NCBI GenBank assembly: GCA_013239625.1
Contig: MU053559.1
Coordinates: 2,958,324-3,022,323 of the forward strand
DNA: 64,000 bases
Reading direction: 5' to 3'
Origin: Lama guanicoe
Lineage: Eukaryota
Shown here: in pieces, positions 37,221 through 48,777 of the stretch
How positions within the stretch are numbered: the first letter of the stretch is position 1
How the letters are laid out: each line of letters begins with the position of its first letter
The notes under the pieces: model-generated
Told to the model about the DNA's origin: nothing
The model's input: only the letters and a program-made list of their open reading frames with translations
Databases searched by the model: none
Made by a program: the position numbers and the translations under genes

Positions 37221-37627
37221 TGAAGGGGAGCAGAATATGCACCCCAAAATATGCCTCTTTAGTATAAGGATTATCTTGAGCTGGTTATTTTTAAGAAACA
37301 GTAGACACAAGAGAAGCTCTGAAAACCAGGTAGAGGTTGCCTTTTGTAAGAGACATTTACATTTATAAGGGAAATCTCCATTTGTAAGGGTGTCTCCCTC
37401 AGTGTACCTGGAAGAAGATGACTAACTCTTTAGACATTCTTATCAATGGAGAAATCAAGAATTTAAATCTGCATAACAACCATTCCCTTGTTTATTGTGC
37501 TTTAACCAATCCACCTCCTACCCCCAACATCCTCTTTTGTCTTTAGCTGGAGCTAGTATTTAAGGTGGTGGTTTGGGCTATTTCAGTGAGTAACTGTTTT
37601 CCTGGGTATCTCCCATGTATGCAGGAG
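37221..37627 (+). mobile_element. MER34-like ERV1 LTR, cut by a family-A LTR
   Basis: tgaaggggagcagaatatgcaccccaaaatatgcc start. Confidence 0.75.
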
Positions 37628-38091
37628 TGTGTGATCAGGCTACCCAAGATGGCTGTTCTCTTGCTCTCTGTACATCCTTTGCTCTTAAGTGCCTGCTTTA
37701 CCTACTCACATGACTGACCTTCTTACTGACCTTGCTCCGGCCCAAGCTAGTGATTTTCTTATCTTTAGATCAGAACATCTCTACCTGATAGCTTATCAAA
37801 GGGGTATGCTCAAGGTGGGCTTGTTTCCTTGGTAACAAATGAGCCCACCTGATGTCAATTCCCCCATAACTGGTAACCTCCCCCCGCCCCCGGAAGTGAA
37901 GACTGCTGTCATGTCCTGCCCTGCCCACTGTCTGCCACATAAGGTGGGGAGACATTCCAGGACCTCATTTCAGAAATATAAGATCCCTTATCCATTCAAC
38001 CATTGATGTCTCCATCACTGACTCTGGGCTCTTTATTCAGTCTTGAAGCTGGGCAAGTACAGGGCTTGCAGGCCTGCAGGGTGTAGCCAAC
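37628..38091 (+). mobile_element. Family-A LTR, near full length
   Basis: Aligns end to end with 32309-32754; no TSD at the 3' side. Confidence 0.85.
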
Positions 38092-38099
38092 TTTCTTTG

Positions 38100-39610
38100 T
38101 TTTTCTTTTGTTAATATATCGAACTAGTTTAAAGTATCGGTACCATGATACTTCACTTCTAAAAACTTTAGCATTCATCTCCAACTAGATCTTTCTCCCA
38201 TATAACCACCATACTACTATACACTTAAGAAAATTAGCAGTAATTCCTTACTATCATCTAATACCCATTTCCTTTACATATGTCACCAGTTGCTTAAAAA
38301 TTATCTTTTGTCACTTTTTTGAGTCAAAATTCAGTCAAGGATCATTGTAATCATGTCTCCTCAGTCTTTATAAATTTAGAACTTTTTTTTTCCATTGTAA
38401 TTTCATGACACTGACTTTTGGTAGAGAATGATCGAATATTTTGTATAACGTCTCACACTATGATTTTGTATCATTTTTTTCTCTGTTGTATCATTTAAAA
38501 TGTTTCTTTTCCCACAATTAATCTGTAAACAAGAAGTTAGATTTAAAGACTTGATTAGATTCAGGTTAAACATTATTTGAAGAACACTATATAGGTGATG
38601 ATGTAATGCTTTATATATATATATAATATCAGAAGGTCCTTTTTCAATGTGTCCATTATTAGTGATGCAAACTTTTTTTGCTGAATGCCTTCTGCTTATT
38701 AAAGAACAATTTTTGAAAAGAGTAAACTCAGGACTCTCAGATAAATGAACATGTGTCAAAGGTTTTATTTAACTTCTTAAATAATGAGGGAACCAGTAAG
38801 ATGTTACAACCAGTTCAAAGGAAAATCCAAAGAGCAGACACATGTATAGGCTGAATAAATGCTGAAATGAATTTGCTTCCATTGGCCAGTATCCATAGGG
38901 CAGCAATCAACTGCATATCTACCAAACAATTTCCATTTGTATGGATAAGAATCATTTGCATTATTCTCAGTATTCTACAACTTAAGAGAATCATAAAATA
39001 GCTCAAAGGCAACAAAAGACCCAAAGACCCAATGGAATCAGAACCTGTACAACATCTAATTTTTCTTTGAAGAATGGAATCTTTAGTCCATTTCAAAGTC
39101 TTTCACAATTTTTTCCTCCATTCTAGATCTCTCCATTATAAAGTTAAAAATTTTTTTCTACTTTTTACCTAGCAAGGTATCTGTGGTGTTGAATATCCAG
39201 TTCTCCATTAGGTTATGGAGATGTAATGGTTTTGTGTAAAGGTTTTAGCATCCATTGATGATTTTTGTCTAAATTTAGTATTTCACCGAGGGTAACAAAA
39301 TGGTGATTGTGCTAATGTTATTATTTCTTCTCCATTTATTAGCAGACATTTTGCAGAAATAAAGAGCTTTCCCTTACATCTGGGTCTATTTTATTACCCC
39401 TGAAATACAATTTCTGCTGAAAAGGCAAAAAAGGTGCTTAGATTTTCTTCTAATCACCTTTAATGTTGCAAAATAAGGTTTTTATTCATATTTTTAATGC
39501 TCAAAATTGTCCCATATTTAATCAGTGGAAGCCTCTACAATCTAGTTCCTTTATGCTTCCACATAGCTCTATTAATCTTTGAGCATCTTGCTTCTGGCGC
39601 AAAAAGACAC
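38100..39610 (-). mobile_element. L1MC-type 3' fragments hosting an LTR37-like LTR (~38700-39108)
   Basis: L1MC 3' motifs; ttttatttaacttcttaaataatgagggaaccagtaagatgttacaaccagttcaaagg. Confidence 0.55.
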
Positions 39611-39866
39611 ACCAGACTGATCAAGAGAAAATGAGAGGAGATACAAAATACCAATATCAGGAATTAAGGAAGATTCATCGCTACAGATCCTACAGACATT
39701 AAAAGAGTAGTGAGGAGGTACCATAAACAGTTTTATGCCAATAGGTGCTTTAATATAGATGAAATGAAAAATTCAATTTTACTACTCTTTTCAAAAAATC
39801 AGCTTTTGGTTTTATTAATTTTCTGTTTTTCCTATATTGATATTTCTAATTAAAATGTAAAATTAA

Positions 39867-40777
39867 GCCACTATGGAAAACAATATGGAGATTCCTCAAA
39901 AAATTAAAACTGGAACTATCATATGATCCAGTAGTCCCACTTCTGGTATATATCTGAGGGAAATAAAATCACTGTATATCTGAGAGAAATAAAATCACTA
40001 TCTCAAAGAGATATCTGCACCCCCATGTTCATTGCAGCATTATCCACAGTAGCCAAGACATAGAAATAACCTATATCTATTTACAGATGAATGGATAAAG
40101 AAAATGTGATATATGTGTATATACGTACATGCACCCCAATGTTCATAGCAGTACTCGTCACAATAGCCATGACATGGAAGCAACCCAGGCACCCCAAAAC
40201 AGACAAGTGGATAAAGAAGATCAATTGAGCGATCTATGTATGTATCTATCTATCGGATGGAATATTATTCAGCCACGAAAAAGAAGGAAATCCTGTCAAT
40301 TGCAATGATATGGATGGACCTCAAGGACACTATACTGAGTGAAATAAATCAGACAGAGACAAATACTTTATGATCTCACTTACATGGGAAATCTAAAAAA
40401 GCCAAACTCATAGTAGCAGAGAGTAGATTGATGGCTACAAGGTGCCGGAGGTGTGGGGAAAATGGGAGATGTTGGTCAAAGGGTACAAACTTCTAGTTAT
40501 AGGATGAATAAGTTCTGGGGATCTAATCTACAGCACGATGACTATTGTTAACAATACTGTATTACATACTTACAAGTTGCTTAAGAGAATGTCTTAAATT
40601 TAAGTTCTTACCACGCATAAACACATACACACAAGGTAATTACGTGAGTGATGGAGGTATTAACTAACCTTATTGTGGTAATTAACTTGAACATATACCC
40701 GTATCAAATCATCACCTTGTATGCCTTAAACTTGTATGATGTTATATGTCAAAATCTCAATAGAACTGGAAAAAAAG
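39867..40777 (+). mobile_element. L1MA9-like 3' end
   Basis: TSD gtaaaattaa; gggtacaaacttctagttataggatgaataagttctgggg. Confidence 0.85.
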
Positions 40778-41420
40778 TAAAATTAATGTCTACTTGTATC
40801 TCTTTTCTCTTATAGTGAACAACTTGGTTCCTAATAATATTAACATCATTATTTATTTGCTCTATCCTACAAAAGACATAAAATGGTTTTTAGACAATAG
40901 TACTGATGTTACTATTGAGAAAATGTGGAATAAAATTATGATTTGTTGTAGTTCTTTTTGTCTTAGAATATGTACCAATAAAGAGATACAGATTTCAGAT
41001 TTTAGGATTATAATGTCACATCAGGTAATTATTTCCTCTGTGTAGTAATATTACCTGATATAAAGTTTGGTTCCTTTGCTCAAATTTGTTTTCAATTTTA
41101 GGGTTTTAAAAATATTTAATTTTATTCTTGAGTAGGTAGAACATTTACATGTTTCAAAAGCCAAAACTATACTCATAAGTCCCCCTTTTATCCCTGTCTT
41201 CTCACCTCCCTCCCCACCCCCAGAATTAATCCTTTTGATGCATTTCTAGTTTATTATTCCAGTGTTACTGTTTGAAAATATATGCATGTAGGTACACATA
41301 CGTGCATGAGTATTCTTATTTCTCCTTTCTTACACAAAATTATAGCACACTGTAAACACTGTTCTGCCTTTTGCTTTTTAAACTTATTCTGGAATTTAGT
41401 TCATATCACTACATGGGGAT

Positions 41421-42107
41421 TGTAGTAGGTTGAATCGTACCCCCCAAAAGATATGTCCACCTGGAGCCTCAGAATGTGTTTTCACTTGGAACAAGGTTCT
41501 TTGGAGATGTAATTAAGGTAAAGATCTTAAGATAGAATAAGGGTCCTTGGAGATGCAATTAAGGTAAAGATTTCAATATGAGATCATCTTGAATTGGAGT
41601 AGGCCCTAAATCCAATTACCAGTGTACATATATAAGAAAGGAGAGGACTATATATGAAAGTAGATTAAAAAAGACAAATTTCTTCTGTAGAGCACAGGGA
41701 ACCATATTCAATATCTTGTAATAACCTTTAATGAAGAAGAATATGAAAATGAATATGTGTATGTATATGCATGACTGGGACACTGTGCTGTACACCAGAA
41801 ATTGACATATTATAACTGACTATACTTCAATTAAAAAAAAAAGGAAAGAGAAATTTGAGACACAGTGGGGAAGGGCTTATGAAGGCTGAGGCAGAGATTA
41901 GAGTGATGAAGCTACAAGCCAAGGAACACCAAGGATTGTGGATAGCAACCAGAAACTAAGAGAGAATCCTGGAATGGATTCTCCCTCAGAGCCTCCGGAA
42001 GAAACCAGCCCTGCTGACAAACTTGATTCTGGACTGTGAGAGAATACATTTCTATTGCTTTAAGCGACCACGTTTGTGAATCAAGGGGGTCACAGTAAAC
42101 TAAAACA
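41421..42107 (+). mobile_element. MLT1C-like MaLR LTR with nested L1 3' end (~41648-41842)
   Basis: TG...CA termini; TSD g(g/a)gat. Confidence 0.85.
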
Positions 42108-42109
42108 GA

Positions 42110-42760
42110 GATCCTCCTTATGCTTTTTTTTTTAAATGATTGCATAGTACCCCTCATGTGGCTGTACAATGGTTTGTTCAATAAATTGCCTATTGATGGA
42201 CATGTGGGCTGCTCCTAAACTTTTGTTTATACAAATAATTTTCCGTAAATAACCTTGTGCATGTATTCTTTCCAATCGGTTCAGGTGTAATGTACATTTG
42301 ATTCTTAGAAGTGGAATTGCTGGGTCAAAACTGTAAATGCATTTGAAGTTTTGCTAGATATTGCTAAATTCCCCTTCATAGGGGCTGTAACATTTTGCAC
42401 TCCCACCAGCAATGAATAAGAGTGCCTATTTCCCCACAAGCTCGCCAGCAGAGTGCATTTTCAATCTTGACTTCTTGCCAATCTGATAAACAAGAGATGG
42501 TATTTCAGTATAGTTGTACTTTGCATTTCTCTTATGAGTGAAGTTGAGCATTTTTTTTCATATGTTTGAGATTCTTTGCTTTTCTTTTTCTAGGAACCCT
42601 CTGATCTCCCAATTTTTCTGCTGTTTGGTTTTTTCCCTCAATTGTTAAGAGCTTTTGCAGTATGTAATTTGTAAATTTTTTTTCTGTTTCTTTGATTTCT
42701 TTTGACAATACCCATGGCTTTTCACCATGCAAACTGGTTTTTTTTTCCTCTCCTTCAATT
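42110..42760 (-). mobile_element. L1ME-type fragment (continues 41100-41420)
   Basis: gaagtggaattgctgggtca...ttgcactcccaccagcaatg. Confidence 0.75.
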
Positions 42761-42777
42761 TTTAACACACAGATTCC

Positions 42778-42864
42778 TTTTTTTTTTAATGGAGGTACTG
42801 AGATTGAATCCAAGACCTCGTGCATGCTAAGCACATGCTCTACCACTGAGCTATACCCTCCCCC
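42778..42864 (-). mobile_element. Vic-1-like SINE
   Basis: gacctcgtgcatgctaagcacatgctctaccactgagctataccctcccc. Confidence 0.9.
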
Positions 42865-43745
42865 ACCACACACAAGAATTCTTGATACTCTCAGCCTAAG
42901 GCACCTTCCTGAGCTATATCCTCTGAGTCATTACTCACCAATGTCTGATTCCTTTCTTCCTATAAGCCCTTCTCAATTAGAATCAGCGATTTTCACTACA
43001 CTATAGCTCCTGTTACTCCATTTACCTTTTTGTCTTGGATTGATTTCTCTGGAAAGCAGAGCTGGGGACAGGGGTCATGTATGCTGTGACCTCATTGGCA
43101 GAGTGAAGCAAAGGAAAGAGAGTCAATACAAGGGTGTGTTATCAAGCTGGCCACCTGTAAGTGCAATAGTTTGCTCGATTGGTGGGAGTGTGCTCCAGAG
43201 AAGCCCTATCAACTCTGTCTTAGGACTTCCCTGGCTGGTGGAGGCAGGAGGAAGTTGTGGGGGGTACAGCAAAAAAAAAAAAAAAAAGGGAATGAATGTA
43301 TCCACTTCCTGATTAATCAGTCATCAAATCTAAACTCTTAATAATAAGGTCAACTCCCTAAAAAATAGTTTTCTGGTAGGACTATCATTAGTTTATTCAA
43401 AAAACGAGCATAGAAACCACTCTTTCACCAGGCACTGGGCCATATTTCTGTGATCAGACTTGCCAATCCAGAAATTTGCTCAATAGTAAAGAAGCAAGTG
43501 ATACATCCTTTGTGTTGGCACGTGGTTAGAGAAGGCTGGGAGGGAAGTGCTCAGCACCTTGTCTTCAAGCATAGGGTTGGGGCATGAGCAAAGACTCCCT
43601 ACAGAGCAGTGACTTGTCACGAGGCCTACCATTAGGTCCTTTGAGTAAAGCAGTGTTTAACTGTAATCCCCATTCAGTAAGGTATGATGTTGTAGATTAT
43701 TTCTAAATCTTCATAACAGGCCTCAGTGGGAGAAGAAAGAGATGG

Positions 43746-44472
43746 TTTTTTTTTAAATTGAAGTATAGTTGATTAATAATGTTGTGTTAGTTTCTGGTGT
43801 ACAGCATAGTGATTCAGTTATACTATATATACTTTTTCATTACAGGTTATTACAAGCTATTGAATATAGTTCCCTGTGCTATACAGTAGGACCTTCTTGT
43901 TTATTTTATATGCAGTAGTTTGTATCTGCTAATCCCAAGCTCCTAATTTATCCCTCCTCCCTGCTTTCCCCTTTGGTAACTATAAGTTTTCTATGTTTGT
44001 GAGTCTATATATGTTTTGTAAATAAGTTCATTTGTATCATTTTTTTTAGATTCCATATATAAGTGATAGCATATGATATTTGTCTTTCTCTGTCTGACTT
44101 ACCTCACTTAATAAAGTAATCTCTAGGTCCATCCATGTTGCTGCAAATGGCATTATTTCATTCTTTTTTATGGCTGTCATCTGTCAGTGGACATTTAGGT
44201 TGTTTCCATGTTTTGGCTATTGTAAATAGTGCTACTATGAACATTGGGGTGTATATATTTTTTCTCTGGACATACACCCAGGAGTGGGATTGCTGGATCA
44301 TATGGTAAGTCTATTTTTAGTTTTTTAAGGAATCTCCATACTGTTTCTATAGTGGCTGCACCAAACTTCATTCCCACCAATGGTATAGAAGGGTTCTCTT
44401 TCCTCCACACCCTCTCCAGAATTTATCGTTTGTGAACTTTTTAATGATGGCCATTCTGACTAGTGTGAGGTG
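43746..44472 (-). mobile_element. 5'-truncated L1
   Basis: Imperfect TSD aagagatg(g/c)tttt; ORF 44195-44410 is an ORF2 C-terminal remnant. Confidence 0.9.
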
Positions 44473-44606
44473 AAGAGATGCTTTTTGATGAAGTCAGAGG
44501 ATCGTTCTGAGTTACCAGAGAGAGAGCAGGGATGGATGACACATCACCAGGGTTCCCTGGAGGGGCAAGCATTGGGACCTCACAAAAGCCCTGAAGAGAG
44601 TGATAC

Positions 44607-44963
44607 TGTCTTAGTCTGCTCAGGCCGCTACAACAAAGTATCTTCAATTGGGTGGCTTATAATCAACAGAAATTTATTTCACACAGTTTCTGGAGGCTGG
44701 GAATCCAAGATCAGGGTGCTAGCATGGTCAGGTTCTGGTAAGGACCCTCTTCCAGGTTGCAGATGGCCGTTTTCTCATTTTATCTTCATGTGGTGTGAGT
44801 AGGGACAGGGAGGTCTCTGTATAAAGACACTAATCTCATTCATGAGGGCCTCAACCTTGGGACCTAATCCCCTTCCAAAGGCTCTGCCTCCTAACACCAC
44901 CGGATTGGGAGTTATGTCTCAACATATGAATTTTAGGGGGACAGAAGCATTCAATCCATAACA
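44607..44963 (-). mobile_element. MLT1A-like MaLR LTR
   Basis: tgtcttagtct...ttctggaggctgggaatccaagatc...cattcaatccataaca. Confidence 0.85.
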
Positions 44964-45159
44964 TGCTGACAAAGGAAGTGACTAACAGAAAAGAAGGGAA
45001 GACAAGTATTATGTACGTCACATGGGGATCATTCCTGTCTTTCCTTCTCAGGGGACATCATAGTACCACTATGGAGTGGGGACGAACACCACACAGAGAT
45101 CATACTCAAGAGTTGTATATGAAGCTTAAGGCGTTAAAAAAGTTTACATATGTTGAAGA

Positions 45160-45365
45160 GTTGGCAATATCTAGCAAAAATCCCAATGCATTTATCCACT
45201 GACCCAGCAATCCCACTTCTAAGAATCAAATGTGAATCGCATCTGAACAGATTTGAAAGAACTTACACACAAGGTTGTTTACTGAGCTTTTTTGAACAAA
45301 CAAAAGTTTAGGATCAGCCCACATGTCCATCAATAGACAATTGATTGAATAAACCATTGTAAGCT
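45160..45365 (+). mobile_element. L1ME-type fragment (inverted partner of ~42160-42370)
   Basis: gacccagcaatcccacttctaagaat...atgtccatcaatag. Confidence 0.75.
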
Positions 45366-45408
45366 GCATAAGGGATGCTAATGAAGAGAAGATATCCCAC
45401 AGACAGAT

Positions 45409-45515
45409 CTGTGTATTCTTGAGCAAACTCCTTTGGAAGCATTTAATCCTTCTAAATTGGATTAACAAGTAGGCATCATGTTTGGAGCTTTAGAAGTTTT
45501 AATATTTTTCATGAC
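45409..45515 (-). pseudogene. Exon remnant, start of an RGS-like domain
   Basis: Acceptor ccttttctgtcattcag|. With frameshifts reads YLL/SNLEGLNA/KEFAQEYT (cf. LLSDPxGLxxFKEFL). Putative donor degraded to CAG|atctgt. Confidence 0.45.
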
Positions 45516-45649
45516 CTGAATGACAGAAAAGGTACACTAATGGAAGACACCTCTTGTACCAACTTCTGCCTCCACCCCCAGCCTTCTGGGCTTTTAATGA
45601 GGCCAGAGGACCCTTAGCCTCAGCATATCAAAAGCTAACATCAAGGACT

Positions 45650-45768
45650 TAATATGGAAGATATTTCTCAGCCATGACTCTTAACTTGGTGACATCACAA
45701 TCCGATACACAGAGTGAGGAAAGTGATGGTTTAAGACTATAATGCTCAGTAACCCAGGACCATAAGAA
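45650..45768 (-). pseudogene. Exon remnant matching the RGS22/RGSL1 N-terminal W..xRLxxFLxS...KL block
   Basis: Acceptor ttttgcatattttcag| then open frame FLWSWVTEHYSLKPSLSSLCVSDCDVTKLRVMAEKY, aligning nearly gap-free to recalled RGS22 WIKKERLPAFLESDCYFEYRLAKL. 3' boundary uncertain. Confidence 0.6.
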
Positions 45769-45810
45769 CTGAAAATATGCAAAAACTGAGGAAATGAAAG
45801 AGTTTATGAT

Positions 45811-45895
45811 CTTCAGAAGTAATTCTGGCGTATATATTTCAGAACTCTAGTTATTTCAAGATTTCAGAGCATAATATGTGTATTCCCAAGAAGAC
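45811..45895 (-). pseudogene. Candidate exon 2 remnant
   Basis: Acceptor tttcaag| then VFLGIHILCSEILK*LEF*NIYARI. Starts with VF, as expected after the LP motif. 3' boundary uncertain. Confidence 0.4.
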
Positions 45896-46103
45896 CTTGA
45901 AATATTTTCAAAACAGCAGATGCATAAATTCTTTTTAAAGGGTAAAGAATAAATGTTTTGAAAGGGGAAAACTACAAAAAGAATCAGCGAGATCTAGCTT
46001 GCAGAATCCTCAAAGGAATGGGCCTCTCATTTAAAAATAATAACTTCTTGTGTGTTGTAAGAAAAAGACTTTTTATTATTTTGTATTTAAATGGAGCCTT
46101 TAC

Positions 46104-46218
46104 TTTGGGAAAATTATTATGCATGTTTATAAGTAGTGTCAAAGATAAAATCAGTTATTAAATCAAAGAATTGTAAACACTTTTCGGTGTTAATGCTTAG
46201 TTCTCCTTTTGATTGCAT
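46104..46218 (-). pseudogene. Candidate first coding exon remnant
   Basis: ATG at 46218 gives MQSKGELSINTEKCLQFFDLITDFIFDT, then after a frameshift INMHNNFPK and donor AAA|gtaaag. Resembles the LxxDxxFxDxFNxFLxLP start of RGS22/RGSL1. Confidence 0.5.
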
Positions 46219-46349
46219 GGACAGGAAATAATTTTATTTTGGAGTCTGACTGCTATAGACAATATATAGATATATATCTATATATATCTACATAGCATAT
46301 AGATATCTACATAGCTCTATAGATATATAGAGAGACTTTACAGAGTATA

Positions 46350-46869
46350 AAGATGGCCCTCAATTTAAACAATGGTTCGATTTACAATTTTTCGACCTTA
46401 AAATGATGTGAAAGCAATACGCATTCACAGTAACAGTAGAGACTGTTACTTTGTATTTTGCATTTTGATCTTTTCCCTGGCTAGAGATCATGATGTGATA
46501 TTGTTTCTTGTGATGCTAGGGCAGTGGCCCCGAGCCACAGCTCCAGGTCAGCCATGCGATCACGAGGGTACACAATCGATACTTACAACCGTTCTGTACC
46601 CAGACAACCATTCTATTTTTCACTTTCAGTACAATATTCAATAAATTACATGAGATAGTCAACGCTTTATTTTATAAATACGCTTTTTGTTAGACGATTT
46701 TGCCCAACTGCAGGCTAATGTAACTGTTCTGAGCATGTATAAGTTAGGCTAGGCTAAACTATGATGTTCAGTAGGTTAGGTGTATCAAATGCATTTCTGC
46801 CTTAGGCTGTTTTTCAGCTTACAGTGGGTTTCCCTGGACATAAGTCCTTTGTAAGTCGAGGAAGATCTG
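46350..46869 (+). mobile_element. Tigger5/MER47-like TcMar element
   Basis: TA-flanked (c>a)agatgg...gatctg termini; gctaggctaaactatgatgttcagtaggttaggtgta. Confidence 0.8.
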
Positions 46870-48584
46870 TAGTTGGATTAGACTTGCAGAGTGGCTATTA
46901 TGCTCAGAATATGCAGTTACATTCTTCTCTGGCACCAGGCTATATAGATTATCTAGCTGTATAATAAAATTTGTTTCTCCTTTGTTTTGTTTTGCTTTTA
47001 GACCCTAAATTTAACATTGGAAATAAATGGAATAAAATAGATATTTGGCATGCCTAGGACTTCAGTTATGGTTTTGCTTTTTTAAAAAAAATTGTACCTG
47101 GACATGCAATTAAGGCTTCTTGGGAAATGCCCTTTTTTGAACTCTTAAAATAAAAACACTCCTACGTATAGTTATGCTAATATACGGCCTCCCTAATGAA
47201 AGCACAAACAAGACACCTACTTGTCTCAAACAAATTTAAGTCTAAGACATGAACAAATGATACATTAATGCTGAATGTTCCTGAGTAAACCCCAATGGGA
47301 AATAAAAGATTTTTATGTATCAGGCTGTGTGGACACCCAGAAAATGTTGGTGCTGAAGTGAAAAAATATAATCTGACAATGATGGATGCTCTTTAGGAGT
47401 TAACTAAATGTTACCATAAATTATAAGCCTGGAACTTTGAGCTGATACTCAGAGAGGTTCAGTACTTTTTTTTTTAAAGGAAAATGAACATAACCACATT
47501 CCGTTTAGCACTGAAAAATTGTTAGGCACCTGCTAAAATTCTCCGCTTTTTTTTTTTTTTTGGTAAAGAAACCCTCATGAGAAAACAATTCTCCATTCTC
47601 AGTAAATAGTTATAGAATTACTAACTCATCTTAAATTAAATGTAGTATGGGAATCTAAGGAATTTAGGTAGCAGTGAAGAGTTTTCTGATCTCATTGCAT
47701 CAGGAGCAAGATCCCTGATTCTTATTCCCCGACTCCCGTCACTATGGGTGAGAAGTGATGATCCCCTAGGAAACCTTTTGCTGAGAGTCTGTGAGCCAGC
47801 AGTAACCTTCCAGTTCCTTTCCCCTGTCCACCCCCAGGAGTACCAGCCTCCCCCTCCTGACCTTTTTGCCTGCTAAGAGTCTCACCACATCTGGAAGGTG
47901 ATGTGATGCTTCAGTTTACTCCTTGCCCGTTTTCCTCTTCCAGCCCCTGTGGTGACAGACTCTCAATTCAGAGATTCCTTCTGTAACACAAAGATGATGC
48001 CACCTCCTTAATCACTCCATCATCCCAAATAGATTCCACAGTGGCACATTCTTTTACTTCTAACCTTGAACTACAGAGACTCCCTTGGTTTCTGGACACT
48101 TGGCCTCTTTTACGACATCAGAAGCCTTTGGTCTTGTGGTTAAGTAATGAGTCAAAAGCGTGGTTGTGGGGACATTGATGAACTGCATCTACTCACCTCA
48201 GCCTACTTACCTCTCCCAGCCCACAGTCAACAGTCTCATCACTGTTGTCCTTCTCCACTCTCTCCTCATCTGCTATCTACCATCTACTATCTGCTAATCT
48301 CCCCATCCCAGCCCCCACTTTCCTGTGGGGCTTGCTGCCTGAAAGCTCTCCCCATCACCTCGCCTTCTGTCTGCTGGCCCACATTCTCCTCATCCTTCCA
48401 AGACTGCAGTCTCCCCAGCTTCATTGCTTTCACCAGGCGGAACTGACCTCTTGCCTCAGTGGGCCTTTAGTATTTAGATGGTACCCCTCTCGAGACTCAG
48501 TTTGTGGCCTGCATCACTGTGTGTGCATTTGTTTTATCCCCTGACCAGAGTGTAAAGTCCGTGAGGGCAGAGATTGCTCCTGAT

Positions 48585-48777
48585 TGGGGTTGCTGGGTTC
48601 CATATTAGAATATCATGTTCAATTTGAGTTTCAGGCCAATAACAAGTACTTTTTAGTATAAATATGGCCCAAATCTTGCATTGGACATACTTACAGTAAA
48701 AAATTATTCGCTGTTTATCTGAAGTGCAAATTACCTGGGTGTCCTGTATGTTTAATTTGCTAAATCTGGCAACTCTA
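48585..48777. mobile_element. MER53 palindromic hAT MITE
   Basis: gggttgct...ggacatacttacagtaaaaaattattcgctgtttatctga...aaatctggcaactcta. Confidence 0.8.

Larger units (their letters stand above)
9794..46218 (-). pseudogene. Multi-exon (unprocessed) pseudogene of an RGS22/RGSL1-family multi-RGS-domain protein
   Basis: Colinear minus-strand exon-like segments with polypyrimidine-AG acceptors and GT donors. Translations repeatedly match the generic RGS consensus (ILxDPxGLxxFxxFLxxEFSEENLxFWxxVExFK...AxxIYxxYL...VNI) and, at the 5' end, the RGS22/RGSL1 N-terminal block as I recall it. Many in-frame stops and frameshifts. Confidence 0.75.

Noticed and set aside
32309..38091. Intact provirus between same-family LTRs
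   Set aside because: Copy 1 has its own TSD on both sides, and I saw no PBS or gag/pol/env sequence between the copies.
46253..46335. Palindromic TA/GA-rich stretch as a structured RNA
   Set aside because: Degenerate simple repeat; self-complementarity follows from its composition.
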